DNA of 63,180 nt, the filler included, from Octopus bimaculoides (lineage: Eukaryota), in NCBI RefSeq assembly GCF_001194135.2. It is 6 parts of 5 records of this genome, joined end to end, with 100 filler letters (N's around TTAATTAATTAA, not from the genome) between each part and the next. Parts side by side here need not be neighbours in the genome. Positions count along the whole stretch, not along the records: positions 60,942 to 63,180 come from NW_026431378.1; 5 more parts are not named here. One strand, given 5' to 3'. Each line of letters begins with the position of its first letter. The first letter of the stretch is position 1. Under the pieces are notes generated by a model that saw only the letters and a list, made by a program, of their open reading frames with translations, was not told where the DNA came from and did not search any database. This document shows positions 63,115-63,180 of the stretch, piece by piece. Made by a program: the position numbers and the translations under genes.

Positions 63115-63180
63115 TATATTTATGCATATATATATGTGTGTGTGTGTGTGTACACATATGTAATAAATATATATATACAC

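Noticed and set aside
45300-63180. Second exon of the TINAGL1-like gene (expected VWC-like NCNxCxC motif)
   Set aside because: No plus-strand acceptor-bounded frame with that motif found by eye; it may lie in a gap or beyond the window.

Overview
AT-rich, microsatellite-dense eukaryotic genomic DNA from a gapped draft assembly. The SINE families and simple repeats suggest an octopus or other cephalopod (inference). Only one host coding exon is recognisable: 44325-~44688 (+), signal peptide plus SMB-like Cys-rich module, most like the first coding exon of a TINAGL1/Swim-family gene. No downstream exon was identified. The rest is mostly degenerate mobile DNA: a Tx1/L1-type LINE, three stacked R4/Dong-type LINEs with restriction-like endonucleases, two DD34D mariners, a DD41D element, a truncated Gypsy, a solo LTR with 4-bp TSD, a second LTR-like family, a Helitron 3' end, several MITE/foldback hairpins and many tRNA-derived SINEs. 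The most unusual object is at 1395-1978: a tRNA-like Pol III head flanked by (TAA)n tracts and by two divergent ~155-bp arms, each carrying a minimal Penelope-type hammerhead ribozyme. Several more degenerate hammerhead motifs are scattered through the window. No rRNA, intact tRNA gene or CRISPR array was seen. All alignments and folds were done by eye and family names are from recalled motifs, not database searches.
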